The position numbers and the translations under genes were made by a program. Under the pieces are notes generated by a model. It had not been told where the DNA came from. It saw only the letters and a list, made by a program, of their open reading frames with translations, and made no database searches. 28,930 nucleotides of DNA from a virus (lineage: Duplodnaviria; Caudoviricetes): positions 1 through 28,930 of IMG/VR virus record IMGVR_UViG_3300008255_000378. One strand, given 5' to 3'. Every line of letters begins with the position of its first letter. Position 1 is the first letter of the stretch. This document shows, one piece after another, positions 1 through 8,970 of this stretch.

Positions 1-1339
1 CGTTTTCTCTATCAGAATTCAAGAATTGAAGAACAGCTTCAATCTTGTTGATAGAATCGGCGTTTTCCATGACCGCAATGCGAGCAAGATGTTCGAATGC
101 CTCGTGCAAATCTTCTGATTCGTTCAAGCCGACTTCAGACGCCAAATGCATCTTCATTTCTTCAATTCGTTCTTTTCCGATGCGAATTTTCTTTGTGAAG
201 GTTTCTTTAAAAGTCCGGTAGTTCTTAGGTCCGGACATTCTTCCGCATTCAGTGCGGATCTGTTTGACTCTGGATCTAGCCATTTCCAAAAGAGTTCCCG
301 TTGCTCGATCCTTAAATTCACGAACAAACGATACCAATGCGCCAGCTTCCTTTGTTACTTCAACAATTCGGCGGCCGGTTTTGTCTAGGATAGAGCCGCC
401 TTCATTCAAATGACGGCACAATGCCTTGCCGCCAGATAAGAATTTCTTAGGGAGGCGGAATCTTTCACCGTTTGCTTCGACATAAATTTCTTTTATATTT
501 CTTGATCTTGATCCACGCTTTTCTGGATTAATACATCCTTCATGGACCACAACCATTCTAGCATTTTCGAGCGTAAAATAGGATCGACGTTCGGAACCTG
601 TCATGCTTTCGAAAAATTCCGGTGCGGACGGACCATTGTCTTCATCCATAAAATCGATTTCATCAACATAATCTTCCATGTCTTGGTAGATCTCGTCACC
701 ACCAACAATTTCTACCTTTCCATTCTCCAATTCAACTGTGTATTCAATGTTTTCCGGAATATCCGACACATCGATGACAGTAGCACGAATATCCATTCTG
801 TTCAAAAATCTAACCACATCACCAACTGAAAATTCCGGAGCGTTATCATCGATTCGTCCGCTGTTAGAATAATCAGGCACTTCAGCTTCTGGAATCTCAT
901 CCTGACAATTGGTTTCGTGTATACCAGCTAGTTTACCTAGTCTTTCAATTGATTCGTCCATTTGATCCTCTTCGATTTCTCTTGCTGCCATATCAGCGAA
1001 ACGCTTTGGCATTTCCGATCGGGTGAAATCCTTCACCGTCAATCCGACGCCATATAGATTGCATACTTTACGAACTCGTTTGATAATTTCTACCATCGTA
1101 TGTTCGTCAATTTCTTGATTTTTCCAGAAATAAACCTCGGTTGATTCAGGAGTTGTTTGGGTTTCTCCTTCAATTGGTAAACGAAGCATGACGTCATCTG
1201 GCTCAACGTAAATCCATTTCACTTTCTTCGGAGTGGTCGTGGAATCACCCTGGTCATTATACATCTTCAAGGTATAACCGTACTCAGGAGCCGACAAAAT
1301 CTCATAAATTTCAGTTGCTAGTCTATTAAAGGAAATCAT
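1..1339 (-). CDS. Large phage protein, probably late or head-related; runs off the left edge (not in the ORF track)
   Basis: ATG at 1339 has GGAG upstream and reads MISFNRLATEIYEILSAPEYGY. The same frame is open wherever I translated it and at the window edge (..QFLNSDREN). It contains MDESIERLGKLAGIHE and GERFRLPKKFLSGGKALCRHLNEGG, and a TATAAATA box lies upstream. Confidence 0.8.
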   Translation of the reverse strand, partial: MISFNRLATEIYEILSAPEYGYTLKMYNDQGDSTTTPKKVKWIYVEPDDVMLRLPIEGETQTTPESTEVYFWKNQEIDEHTMVEIIKRVRKVCNLYGVGLTVKDFTRSEMPKRFADMAAREIEEDQMDESIERLGKLAGIHETNCQDEIPEAEVPDYSNSGRIDDNAPEFSVGDVVRFLNRMDIRATVIDVSDIPENIEYTVELENGKVEIVGGDEIYQDMEDYVDEIDFMDEDNGPSAPEFFESMTGSERRSYFTLENARMVVVHEGCINPEKRGSRSRNIKEIYVEANGERFRLPKKFLSGGKALCRHLNEGGSILDKTGRRIVEVTKEAGALVSFVREFKDRATGTLLEMARSRVKQIRTECGRMSGPKNYRTFKETFTKKIRIGKERIEEMKMHLASEVGLNESEDLHEAFEHLARIAVMENADSINKIEAVLQFLNSDREN

Positions 1340-1367
1340 TTGGTACTCCGAGTCTAGGTTCTTTCTG

Positions 1368-1375
1368 TATTTATA
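1368..1375 (-). promoter_or_regulatory. T4-type late promoter (TATAAATA) for the leftward gene
   Basis: The minus strand reads TATAAATAC about 30 nt upstream of ATG 1339, an exact match to the T4 gp55 late promoter consensus. Confidence 0.65.
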
Positions 1376-1377
1376 GG

Positions 1378-1384
1378 TTAAATA
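1378..1384 (+). promoter_or_regulatory. Possible late promoter (TTAAATA) for the terminase
   Basis: A TAAATA core lies about 26 nt upstream of ATG 1411, back to back with the leftward late box; the match is imperfect. Confidence 0.4.
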
Positions 1385-1410
1385 TCAAAGAAGAACATAG
1401 GTGTGATTAA

Positions 1411-2403
1411 ATGACAGCATTAAAAAAACCCGGTATTCATGCGAAATTCTTAAAAGTTCCGGATGACCCTTTTAAGAAAAGAACCTGCCGCATCAAATAC
1501 AACGATGCGATGAAAGAAGAACTGCGAAAATGTAAGGAATCGCCCGAATATTTCCTGAGAAACTATTACTTCATCCAAACCATGGTCGGAAACCAAGGAA
1601 AGATGAAAAGGGAACGGTTTCAACCGTTTCCATACCAGCTCGAAATGATTCAAAACTTCTTGTCCTTCCGTGATAACATTGCCATGCTAGCCCGACAAAT
1701 GGGGAAAACCACAATCGTCGGTGGACTTATTCTTTGGTTAGTTATGTTTCACAAGGACGAAGAAGTGTTGATTGTGGCGAACAATAAAGATCAAGCCTTG
1801 GAAATTATGAGCCGAGTTCAATTCGGTTATGAACAATGTCCTGATTTTATTAGGGCAGCTGTTCGCGATGATGGTTATGCAAAGGGTCACATTTATTTTA
1901 CGAATGGATCAAAAGTTGTAGCTAGAGCAACGACCCCGCACGCAGGTCGTGGCCTTTCAATCTCATTCCTTTATGTCGACGAATTTGCAGCCATTCAGCC
2001 AAATATGCAAGCTGACTTCTGGGCAGCTATTTCACAGACACTATCAACCGGTGGTCGCTCATTCATTACATCAACTCCATACACTGAATATGATACATTC
2101 GCTTCCCTTTGGAGAGGAGCAAACAGATTCACTGACGTTGATGGTAAACCATTGGATGAAGCCGGCCCAGGATATAATGGTTTCAGGGCAATCAAAGCAA
2201 CTTGGAAAGACCACCCAGATCGTGATGAAGAATGGGAAAGAAAAGCGCGTGCTAAAATGGACGATGACCAAAAATTCGAACGTGAACAGAATTGCGTAAC
2301 CGGAGACACGCTCATTACCATTATGACACCCGAAGGAGAGATTAAAAACATCAAGATTGAAGACTTCTACGAAATGATTGGTGAGGCGGATGAAACAGAA
2401 TAA
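1411..2403 (+). CDS. terL: Terminase large subunit, N-terminal ATPase part, fused to a split-intein N-half
   Basis: T4 gp17-like motifs: PFPYQ, Walker A ARQMGKTT, Walker B LYVDEFA and ITSTP. It ends KFEREQN followed by CVTGDTLI, an intein block A. Confidence 0.95.
   Translation: MTALKKPGIHAKFLKVPDDPFKKRTCRIKYNDAMKEELRKCKESPEYFLRNYYFIQTMVGNQGKMKRERFQPFPYQLEMIQNFLSFRDNIAMLARQMGKTTIVGGLILWLVMFHKDEEVLIVANNKDQALEIMSRVQFGYEQCPDFIRAAVRDDGYAKGHIYFTNGSKVVARATTPHAGRGLSISFLYVDEFAAIQPNMQADFWAAISQTLSTGGRSFITSTPYTEYDTFASLWRGANRFTDVDGKPLDEAGPGYNGFRAIKATWKDHPDRDEEWERKARAKMDDDQKFEREQNCVTGDTLITIMTPEGEIKNIKIEDFYEMIGEADETE
2293..2400 (+). mobile_element. TerL split intein, N-fragment (36 aa, atypically short)
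   Basis: CVTGDTLITIMTPEGEIKNIKIEDFYEMIGEADETE then stop: Cys1, block A and the IEDxY motif only. Confidence 0.92.
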
Positions 2404-2710
2404 CGGATATAAAGTCCTAACACCGAATGGATGGATGAATTTCGAAGGAATTCGAAAAATAAAAGAACGCGAAACCATAGAAATCAAACTAAACGACGGT
2501 AAATCACTCAAATGCACACCGGATCATAGGGTATTTTCAAACGGTGTTCGAATTTATGCTTCTGAACTGAAAGAACACGACGTAATTGATACAAAAGAAA
2601 GTCAATCTTTTATCACTTCCATATCCAATTTTCAAGAGACTGATGTATTTGATTTGATAGAAGTGGGGGGCAACCACAGCTACTTCACAAATGATATTGT
2701 CTCCTCGAAC
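2390..2710 (+). mobile_element. TerL split intein, C-fragment (107 aa)
   Basis: KVLTPNGW, block B CTPDH, block F DVFDL..NHSYF, terminal Asn at 2708-2710 and Cys+1 at 2711-2713. Confidence 0.92.
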
Positions 2711-3469
2711 TGTGAATTCGTTGGTTACTCCGAAACTTTGATTGAAGGTTTGATATTAAAGAAAATATTAGAAGAAGCTCAAATTTCAAAGCCGATAACC
2801 ATGACAGGCGAAGTTCAATGGTGGAAACAACCGGAACGCGGCAATACCTATATCGTTGGCTACGACCCATCAATTGGAACCGGAGGTGATTTTGCAGCAA
2901 TCCAAGTCTTTGAATTACCGGGAATGACTCAAGTTGCAGAGTGGCAATCACGAGCAGTCGGTATCCCTGAACAAGTTCGAATCCTCAGGAATGTTCTTGC
3001 GTTGATAGATCAAGAAATGCGAATGGACGGTGACAACAATCCGGAAATTTTCTGGTCAGTTGAGAACAATACGATAGGCGAGGCTGCATTGATTGTTATA
3101 GATGAACTTGGAGAAGAAAATTTCTGCGGCATGTTACTTACCGAACCTAAGAAGACGCGAGGAAGACGAGTACGAAAAGGATTCAATACCACAAATAGAA
3201 CTAAGGTCACTGCGTGTGCAAAATTCAAAACTTTGGTTGAGAAACGGGCAATGAAAATCAATTCAAGAGAATTAGCTCGACAGCTTAACTTCTTCGTCGC
3301 TTCGGGAACCGGTTATGCAGCAAAGTTGGGAGAAAATGACGACCTTATCATGGCGACTATTTTGATTATTCGCATGCTAGATCAAGTAATGTGGTACGAT
3401 GAATCAAAAACCGAAGACCTTCGAGAATCAGTCGGCGAAGAAGTTCAACCTATGGGAATTTTCTTCTAA
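2390..3469 (+). CDS. terL: Split-intein C-half fused to the terminase C-terminal nuclease part
   Basis: Probable start is ATG 2390 after GGTGAGG, overlapping the upstream ORF. After ..IVSSN come CEFVGYSETLIEG, YIVGYDPSIGTGGDF, VENNTIG and NDDLIMA, which are gp17 nuclease motifs. Confidence 0.93.
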   Translation: MKQNNGYKVLTPNGWMNFEGIRKIKERETIEIKLNDGKSLKCTPDHRVFSNGVRIYASELKEHDVIDTKESQSFITSISNFQETDVFDLIEVGGNHSYFTNDIVSSNCEFVGYSETLIEGLILKKILEEAQISKPITMTGEVQWWKQPERGNTYIVGYDPSIGTGGDFAAIQVFELPGMTQVAEWQSRAVGIPEQVRILRNVLALIDQEMRMDGDNNPEIFWSVENNTIGEAALIVIDELGEENFCGMLLTEPKKTRGRRVRKGFNTTNRTKVTACAKFKTLVEKRAMKINSRELARQLNFFVASGTGYAAKLGENDDLIMATILIIRMLDQVMWYDESKTEDLRESVGEEVQPMGIFF

Positions 3470-3621
3470 TCATTCCAAAGACTCAGGTTCACTAGCAGTC
3501 CAAACTTGATTTCTGCGCAATTTTAAGTCCACACCAATTGATACAACACGTCGAAGATTTTGTATTCTACTACACCTACCACAGCGGTTGCATAACTTTC
3601 GATCGAGTTGATCTACCGAGT

Positions 3622-3822
3622 CTAGTCAGGAACAAATTTTCCACCATCTACTTGTGAAACCGGTTCCGGTTCTTTGTAATGAACAGCCTTTTCCAGCAGA
3701 ATCTTAGCTAACTCTAGTGCAATAGTCTGAGCCTCTTCAACTGTGATTCTAAACTCTGCCGACTTAATTCCTCTAGCACGCTGTGTTCGTTCTAGGAATT
3801 TATGAAGCGCCGGGTAAATCAT
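3622..3822 (-). CDS. Small hypothetical phage protein
   Basis: 66 aa ORF overlapping the end of the upstream gene; helical, ending VDGGKF. Confidence 0.65.
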   Translation of the reverse strand: MIYPALHKFLERTQRARGIKSAEFRITVEEAQTIALELAKILLEKAVHYKEPEPVSQVDGGKFVPD

Positions 3823-4294
3823 CTTGATCTCGAAGTTGTTGGTTCTTTATCTTAGCTGCATGTGATGCATCGAATCTAGTTTTGAAAGGGCCCATGAATT
3901 CATTATCCGATAACGTTGAAAGTTTCGGGCAAAGGAAACAAATATATTCACGAGTAAATCGAATTGCCCACCAACCGGGAACCCATCGAACTCGACTGTT
4001 CGGGCTGGATTTGTAGGTTGTGAACTCGGAACTTTCATCTATTTCGAAAATTTCCTCGTGTTTTACCGGGTATCCGCTGACATCGAGGTTTTCGGCTTCT
4101 TTATGCTCGAGCGGTTTTAAGAAGTGGATTGAATCACCGAATAATTCTTCCAAGGCAGCAACATCAGAAAAAATGTTTTTCGTTTCACTCGTAATCAACT
4201 CGATTTCATTTTCCTTCTTCACCAATAAACCAAATCGTTCACCGGCATCGGTTGCCAAAATAAAAGAGGATTCCGTCAGTGGTCTAGCTTGCAT
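3800..4294 (-). CDS. Hypothetical phage protein
   Basis: 164 aa with a GGAG RBS and a C-terminal FLCPKLSTL..GPFKT segment. Confidence 0.8.
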   Translation of the reverse strand: MQARPLTESSFILATDAGERFGLLVKKENEIELITSETKNIFSDVAALEELFGDSIHFLKPLEHKEAENLDVSGYPVKHEEIFEIDESSEFTTYKSSPNSRVRWVPGWWAIRFTREYICFLCPKLSTLSDNEFMGPFKTRFDASHAAKIKNQQLRDQDDLPGAS

Positions 4295-4310
4295 GTTTCT
4301 CCGTTTTCAA

Positions 4311-4547
4311 TTATCCGAGCAATTTTCGGATTTGTTGATATTTTTCCCAAGCCATATCCAGTGCAGGATTACGACTTCGAAGCTCTTTTTCTTTTATGTA
4401 TTCTGTTATAAGATTCGAAATTTCTTTTTGAGTAAATCCGTATTCATCACTACCAATCTTGCATGTCAAGAAAATATCATTTTCTAGATGACCTCCTACC
4501 GGGCTATAACCATGCCGAGGAGGATTTATGATTATTGAACTGGTCAT
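4311..4547 (-). CDS. Hypothetical protein with the C-terminal AWEKYQ tag
   Basis: 78 aa, abuts the upstream gene and ends NPALDMAWEKYQQIRKLLG. Confidence 0.75.
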   Translation of the reverse strand: MTSSIIINPPRHGYSPVGGHLENDIFLTCKIGSDEYGFTQKEISNLITEYIKEKELRSRNPALDMAWEKYQQIRKLLG

Positions 4548-4548
4548 G

Positions 4549-5013
4549 TTAATTATTCATTTTCAATAATGTTTGAAACTTCTTCCATGCAGCTGCAATG
4601 GTCGGATTTTTATCGATTTGTTTATTGAGGTTTATTTCATTATCAAGAAGACGATTGTATTCTGATAAGATTTGATTAACGTCATCAGCTTTTTCAATAA
4701 GGTATCGAATGTCACGAATTCCAGATTCATTGAAAATGAGGCAAAATGTTCGCGGTCTTTTGACTGGGTTATATTTGTATGCGATGTCAATTGTGTGGTT
4801 TAGGTTTGAGCTTTCGCATAGTTCAAAATCAACTCCAACAAAAAGGAGATCGGTGTGATCAAACCCAATGTCATCAAGTCGATTTTTGCTTGGTTCACCA
4901 ATTGAGAGAGTTTGCATTTGCCGTGCGTGTCGATACCGCCTTGATTCTTCCCAAGAATTACCATAATCTCGGTAACTTTCATAACGGTGTCGATTAGTTC
5001 GGAATTTGTGCAT
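4549..5013 (-). CDS. Hypothetical protein with the C-terminal AWKKFQ tag
   Basis: 154 aa, overlaps the end of the RNase H gene and ends NPTIAAAWKKFQTLLKMNN. Confidence 0.75.
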   Translation of the reverse strand: MHKFRTNRHRYESYRDYGNSWEESRRYRHARQMQTLSIGEPSKNRLDDIGFDHTDLLFVGVDFELCESSNLNHTIDIAYKYNPVKRPRTFCLIFNESGIRDIRYLIEKADDVNQILSEYNRLLDNEINLNKQIDKNPTIAAAWKKFQTLLKMNN

Positions 5014-6031
5014 TTAACATTTCCACAATTTCATTTGGATTTTTCTTGATGTCTTCCAGGCTATATTGGTGTAAGAATCTCAAAAAATAAAATCCAAGTT
5101 GCGATGCCGGCTCTTTCTGGTAGCCTAGAATATATTCATCAAGTGCATCTGAAACCAATTTCGGCATTTTCTTCAGGTCAATTAACATTTCATTGCGTTC
5201 AAATAAATCACGAACAATATGCTCTTCGGATTCGTGGTCTGTCCATCGTTGGTTCATAAAATTGAACCAATCAAAACCTCTATCGTGTCTATCCTGAAAA
5301 CATTCCCAAATTCCTACTTTCTTAGCTGATCCTTTTTGCCGTGTTCCAGGCTGGCACGCAGTGAAAATATTATCACCTTTATCTCCACGCATAATCTTCG
5401 AAAATAGCGAGTATTCAATCCAATCAGGACAGACGTCCGCTGAGTCAGTATCACGCAATAAAGTTTTCGATAGTTTGATCTTACCGTCATTCTTGATTGA
5501 GAAATCAACGCGGCGATCTCGGTGATCAAAAACACCCTTAGTTGTAATTAGAGTATCCTGAATACCGTTGTACAAAGAAACATTTTCGGCAACTAGTTGG
5601 ATAAAATCGGAGTCAGATGATACGATCACATGGTTATCATCTGGATGTGTTGCTATCCATCGAGCGATCAAATCATCAGCTTCTGCAATTTCATGTCGCA
5701 ATACAGTTGCGTTGCTGTGGTCACGAATCAATTCAATGAAATCTTCATAGGCTTTCCAAAAACATTCTGCTAACTCAATTTCATCCGGAGTCAATGCAAC
5801 ATCAGACACAACCCTATTTGCTTTATACCTGGCGTATGCTGCTTTGCGCCAGGAATCTCCTTCAAGGCAGAACACTAAATGATCAGCTTTGAATTTGTTC
5901 CATACCTTTCGTATTGACCTGAAGTTGATATGAACTGCCATGGCAGCTTTGTCCTCAGGCGTAGGAGCCTGAACAACATGCTTGCATCGCATGAACATAT
6001 TCAGCGTATCAATCAAAAGGTAAGTGGTCAT
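4994..6031 (-). CDS. rnh: T4-type RNase H / 5'-3' flap exonuclease
   Basis: PIN/FEN motifs LLIDTLN, YKANR, EADDLIA, IVSSDSDFIQL, MRGDKGDNI and RNEMLIDL. Confidence 0.92.
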   Translation of the reverse strand: MTTYLLIDTLNMFMRCKHVVQAPTPEDKAAMAVHINFRSIRKVWNKFKADHLVFCLEGDSWRKAAYARYKANRVVSDVALTPDEIELAECFWKAYEDFIELIRDHSNATVLRHEIAEADDLIARWIATHPDDNHVIVSSDSDFIQLVAENVSLYNGIQDTLITTKGVFDHRDRRVDFSIKNDGKIKLSKTLLRDTDSADVCPDWIEYSLFSKIMRGDKGDNIFTACQPGTRQKGSAKKVGIWECFQDRHDRGFDWFNFMNQRWTDHESEEHIVRDLFERNEMLIDLKKMPKLVSDALDEYILGYQKEPASQLGFYFLRFLHQYSLEDIKKNPNEIVEMLNAQIPN

Positions 6032-6034
6032 GTA

Positions 6035-6370
6035 TTAGATATCCCGGGTTGCGGTAATGTTGATAGGAATCTCTTGAATTTTAGTATGGTATTCTTCAGG
6101 AGTCAACATTTCAATGCTTAGTACGCAGAAGTTATTCTCGAGCGCTGCTGACGACATTGCACACGGAGTCATGTTGCTGGTGATATAGGTAATCAAAAAA
6201 GGAAGCTCTTCTCCGGTATATTTTCCGGTTGTTTGATCAAATTCTTGAAGCACCAGAACATCACCAACCTTGTAATCTCGATCACGCATATCTCTGAAAT
6301 CGTGTTTTTTGATGCCTGTCTTTGCCGCTTGGAAAAGGTAAATCCAAGACTTCACTTTATGAATTGTCAT
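6035..6370 (-). CDS. ASCH/PUA-like (DUF3850-type) protein
   Basis: HKVKSW..F.A..TG.K..DFR..DRDYKVGDVLVLQEFD...YTG pattern. Confidence 0.8.
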   Translation of the reverse strand: MTIHKVKSWIYLFQAAKTGIKKHDFRDMRDRDYKVGDVLVLQEFDQTTGKYTGEELPFLITYITSNMTPCAMSSAALENNFCVLSIEMLTPEEYHTKIQEIPINITATRDI

Positions 6371-6378
6371 TTTTGCCT

Positions 6379-6903
6379 CTACAATGTAAATTCAGTTCCA
6401 CGGAAAAATCCAGTTGGAGTCCAGAGTTTGCCAGACCACCATCTGATAATAGATTCTTGAGAAGCTGTTCGAAGGATTCTAAGTGTTGCTGCATGGCTTG
6501 CATCCCATTCACCGCCGGTATTTCCAGATGCCTTATCAAATGAGTCCTGACCTTCGCGATGAACGATCACTTCTGTTATACCGGATTGAATAATTGCCCG
6601 GGCACAATCAGCACACGGCAAGAAGTTCACATAAAGCCGGCAACCTTGCACGCCGCCCTCGTTTGCTGCAGCTGCATAAATCGCATTTCGTTCACTGTGC
6701 TCCATGTAGAAATACTTTTCAGGTCGCGTATCCGGAACTTCCTCAATCGTCATTCCCTTCGGTGGATTATTGTATCCGGTTGAAACTACCGTATTATCCG
6801 GACGGACAATTACTGTTCCTGCATGAGTAGATGAATCACGACTTCTAGACGCGGCGAGATAAGCCATGGTCATGAAATATTGATCCCAATCTGGTCTTTC
6901 CAT
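6379..6903 (-). CDS. dCMP deaminase
   Basis: WDQYFM, RSRD, STGYN, and Zn ligands HSERNAI and PCADCARAIIQSGI. Confidence 0.92.
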   Translation of the reverse strand: MERPDWDQYFMTMAYLAASRSRDSSTHAGTVIVRPDNTVVSTGYNNPPKGMTIEEVPDTRPEKYFYMEHSERNAIYAAAANEGGVQGCRLYVNFLPCADCARAIIQSGITEVIVHREGQDSFDKASGNTGGEWDASHAATLRILRTASQESIIRWWSGKLWTPTGFFRGTEFTL

Positions 6904-6911
6904 TTTTCTCC

Positions 6912-7451
6912 TTATTTGTATTCGATTTTTCCGTCGGGTCGATAATGCTCGGTCACGATAACTTCATCCGGTGTTTCTTCAGTCTCGTTTTCTCCCATCT
7001 CAGATTCTAAAATTTGTGATCTGTAAATGTCAGATAACCACTTGTCGAAAATTTCTTGATCATCAAATCCAGTATAACCAGACTCTCGTAAGAAATCAAT
7101 AAATTGTTCATTCCAATCAAATTCCATCCAGAAACCACCGGGGCCTTCATGGGCATCGAATCCAGAATCCATAACTTGAACATGCGGTTTACCATATAGC
7201 GTAGCTACATTCTTTTCATATTCACTCTTGGTGATTTTACCATACTTCATGTCAAGATAAAGATAATCTTTCATGAACTCAATCGGTAATTCAGATTCCG
7301 GATTAAAATCATCAGGAACATCATGGCGAATTCGGAGTAAGGTTCTTTCGAGATCTTCTCCAGGCTCGAGCTCATATTCTGCTCTTGCTAAACGGTACGA
7401 TTTTCCTTTGAGTCCCCAAGAGGCCGGCATAAAATCAAATGGTATTTTCAT
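6912..7451 (-). CDS. Conserved-looking hypothetical phage protein
   Basis: About 179 aa from the likely ATG 7451 (MKIPFD); contains EFDWNEQFIDFLRESGYTG. Confidence 0.8.
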   Translation of the reverse strand: MKIPFDFMPASWGLKGKSYRLARAEYELEPGEDLERTLLRIRHDVPDDFNPESELPIEFMKDYLYLDMKYGKITKSEYEKNVATLYGKPHVQVMDSGFDAHEGPGGFWMEFDWNEQFIDFLRESGYTGFDDQEIFDKWLSDIYRSQILESEMGENETEETPDEVIVTEHYRPDGKIEYK

Positions 7452-7617
7452 TCTTTCCTTTTGTCTCAATTGTCTCAATTATGAGACATTTTATATTCCA
7501 AAGTCTTCCATAGTCCGAGGTCGGCATAATATTTTCCCAGGCTTTTCCGATAAGCCCTTCGGCGACCAAACTATAAAAAGACGGTCGTGCCATGAGCAAT
7601 CTACGTATCGACGTCAT
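7435..7617 (-). CDS. Small hypothetical protein (60 aa)
   Basis: ATG 7617 overlaps the TGA of the upstream gene (ATGA) and the ORF fills the gap exactly. Confidence 0.5.
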   Translation of the reverse strand: MTSIRRLLMARPSFYSLVAEGLIGKAWENIMPTSDYGRLWNIKCLIIETIETKGKNENTI

Positions 7618-7964
7618 TTCTTTGTTGCCAGCGCCGCGAACCAACCACCTAGATATCCAATTGACAGATCGCATAAAGTATCACCCAAAGAATTCCAGGC
7701 ACCAATACCAAGCAACGGAAGGATGTATTCATAAATTTCCCAACAGACTGCCACGACCATGACCAAAGAAGTAACAAGAAGCAAATCAATTGGGTCATAT
7801 GGTCGATAAAATAATTTAGTCTTGAGAATTGACCACCCAACCAAGGTTCCGCCAAGAAAATGCAGGCCGACATCCAACCCCACAAAATCAATCCCAAGGT
7901 TGAAAATTATTAGGTTGATCAGAAAAAGAATAACTGGAGGAAACCAATAATTCAAAACTCGCAT
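7614..7964 (-). CDS. Small polytopic membrane protein (VanZ/DUF2238-like)
   Basis: Four hydrophobic segments with HFLGG, WEIYEY and DTLCDL; likely start is ATG 7964 after AAGGA. Confidence 0.75.
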   Translation of the reverse strand: MRVLNYWFPPVILFLINLIIFNLGIDFVGLDVGLHFLGGTLVGWSILKTKLFYRPYDPIDLLLVTSLVMVVAVCWEIYEYILPLLGIGAWNSLGDTLCDLSIGYLGGWFAALATKK

Positions 7965-8003
7965 CTGTTTATCCTTTCTCAATTTCTTCTTCAATGTTTG
8001 GGT

Positions 8004-8936
8004 TCACTTACCGATTACATTTCCAAAAATGAAGCAGTGCGCCCGCATACTGAAATTATATCCTCTGCGAACAGCTTCTTCACATATTGCTGCCTGGATA
8101 TTTTCTTGCTGGGCCTCTGTGGACCCGACTGGCATAATCCAGACTGGCCAATCCACACCCTTTTCTCGATACGCATCCGTTGCTTTTTCAACTTCGTTCC
8201 AGCAACGCTCGCTTCCGTCAACCACATATTTCAACTGGCCGCGGTTGGAAAACCTTGCATATTCAGAGACAACTTCTGGTAAGATCGCCTTCTTCCAGGG
8301 TTCTCCAGAAGCTGAAAGTTTCGGGCTCACTGACCAAAACCATTCAGTCGTTCCGAATTTGTCATCCAACATTCCATTAAATTCCGAAGACATCCGGAAC
8401 CGAGAAATCGTCGATGCAAGATCTTCACGGAGAGCCTGGGTACCGTTGGTTTCAACCGTTACAAACTTCGGCACATTGTTTCGTGATTCAAATTCTCCCA
8501 TGATCTCAGCGATAGCACGCTGATTCATCATCGGTTCTCCACCAGTAAACGCCATATGCGTCCACTGATTTGACTGGGGATGCAAGAACTTGGCTTCCGG
8601 ATTCAACTCTTCATCACGGAGCCACTTTTCTAATTCATCACAAATATCGTTCGCATGAGCTTTATGGGCGAGATGTCCGAACTTTTTTGCCCAAGAATAG
8701 GAAGAATCACACCCGAAACGAAGAACCGGAATATCTTCTAATTTATCGATTCTAGACAAATCAAGATCTTGATATTCATGCACCCAAGTAGACGGATCGG
8801 TTGGGTCTTTCTGACCAAATCCCTGGCATTGGAAATTGCATCCAAAAAACCGGATCCAGATAGTAGGAATTCCGGTGTACTTACCTTCTCCCTGTACGGT
8901 ATTTCCAAAAATTTCTGAATATCGAAATTCTTTCAT
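8004..8936 (-). CDS. queE: 7-carboxy-7-deazaguanine synthase (radical SAM)
   Basis: SEIF..TVQGEG..TG.PTIWIRFFGCNFQC, CDSSYSW, FTGGEPM, VETNGT, SVSPKL and R.H..IFGN; AAGGAG RBS. Confidence 0.92.
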   Translation of the reverse strand: MKEFRYSEIFGNTVQGEGKYTGIPTIWIRFFGCNFQCQGFGQKDPTDPSTWVHEYQDLDLSRIDKLEDIPVLRFGCDSSYSWAKKFGHLAHKAHANDICDELEKWLRDEELNPEAKFLHPQSNQWTHMAFTGGEPMMNQRAIAEIMGEFESRNNVPKFVTVETNGTQALREDLASTISRFRMSSEFNGMLDDKFGTTEWFWSVSPKLSASGEPWKKAILPEVVSEYARFSNRGQLKYVVDGSERCWNEVEKATDAYREKGVDWPVWIMPVGSTEAQQENIQAAICEEAVRRGYNFSMRAHCFIFGNVIGK

Positions 8937-8970
8937 TTCTCTCCTTTTTTAATTCTGGGTCTCGAAAGGG

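Noticed and set aside
2378-2403. Terminase break as a sequencing frameshift or pseudogene
   Set aside because: The break falls right after intein block A as in known TerL split inteins, the second ORF has its own RBS and ATG, and both exteins are intact. Reads would settle it.
3470-3621. Minus-strand frame containing CNRCGRC
   Set aside because: It has no start codon or RBS near its 5' end and lies in the convergence zone of two transcripts; probably chance.
7435-7617. KAWENI as a sixth copy of the C-terminal tag
   Set aside because: It is internal, lacks K[YF][QE] and is not 12 residues from the stop.
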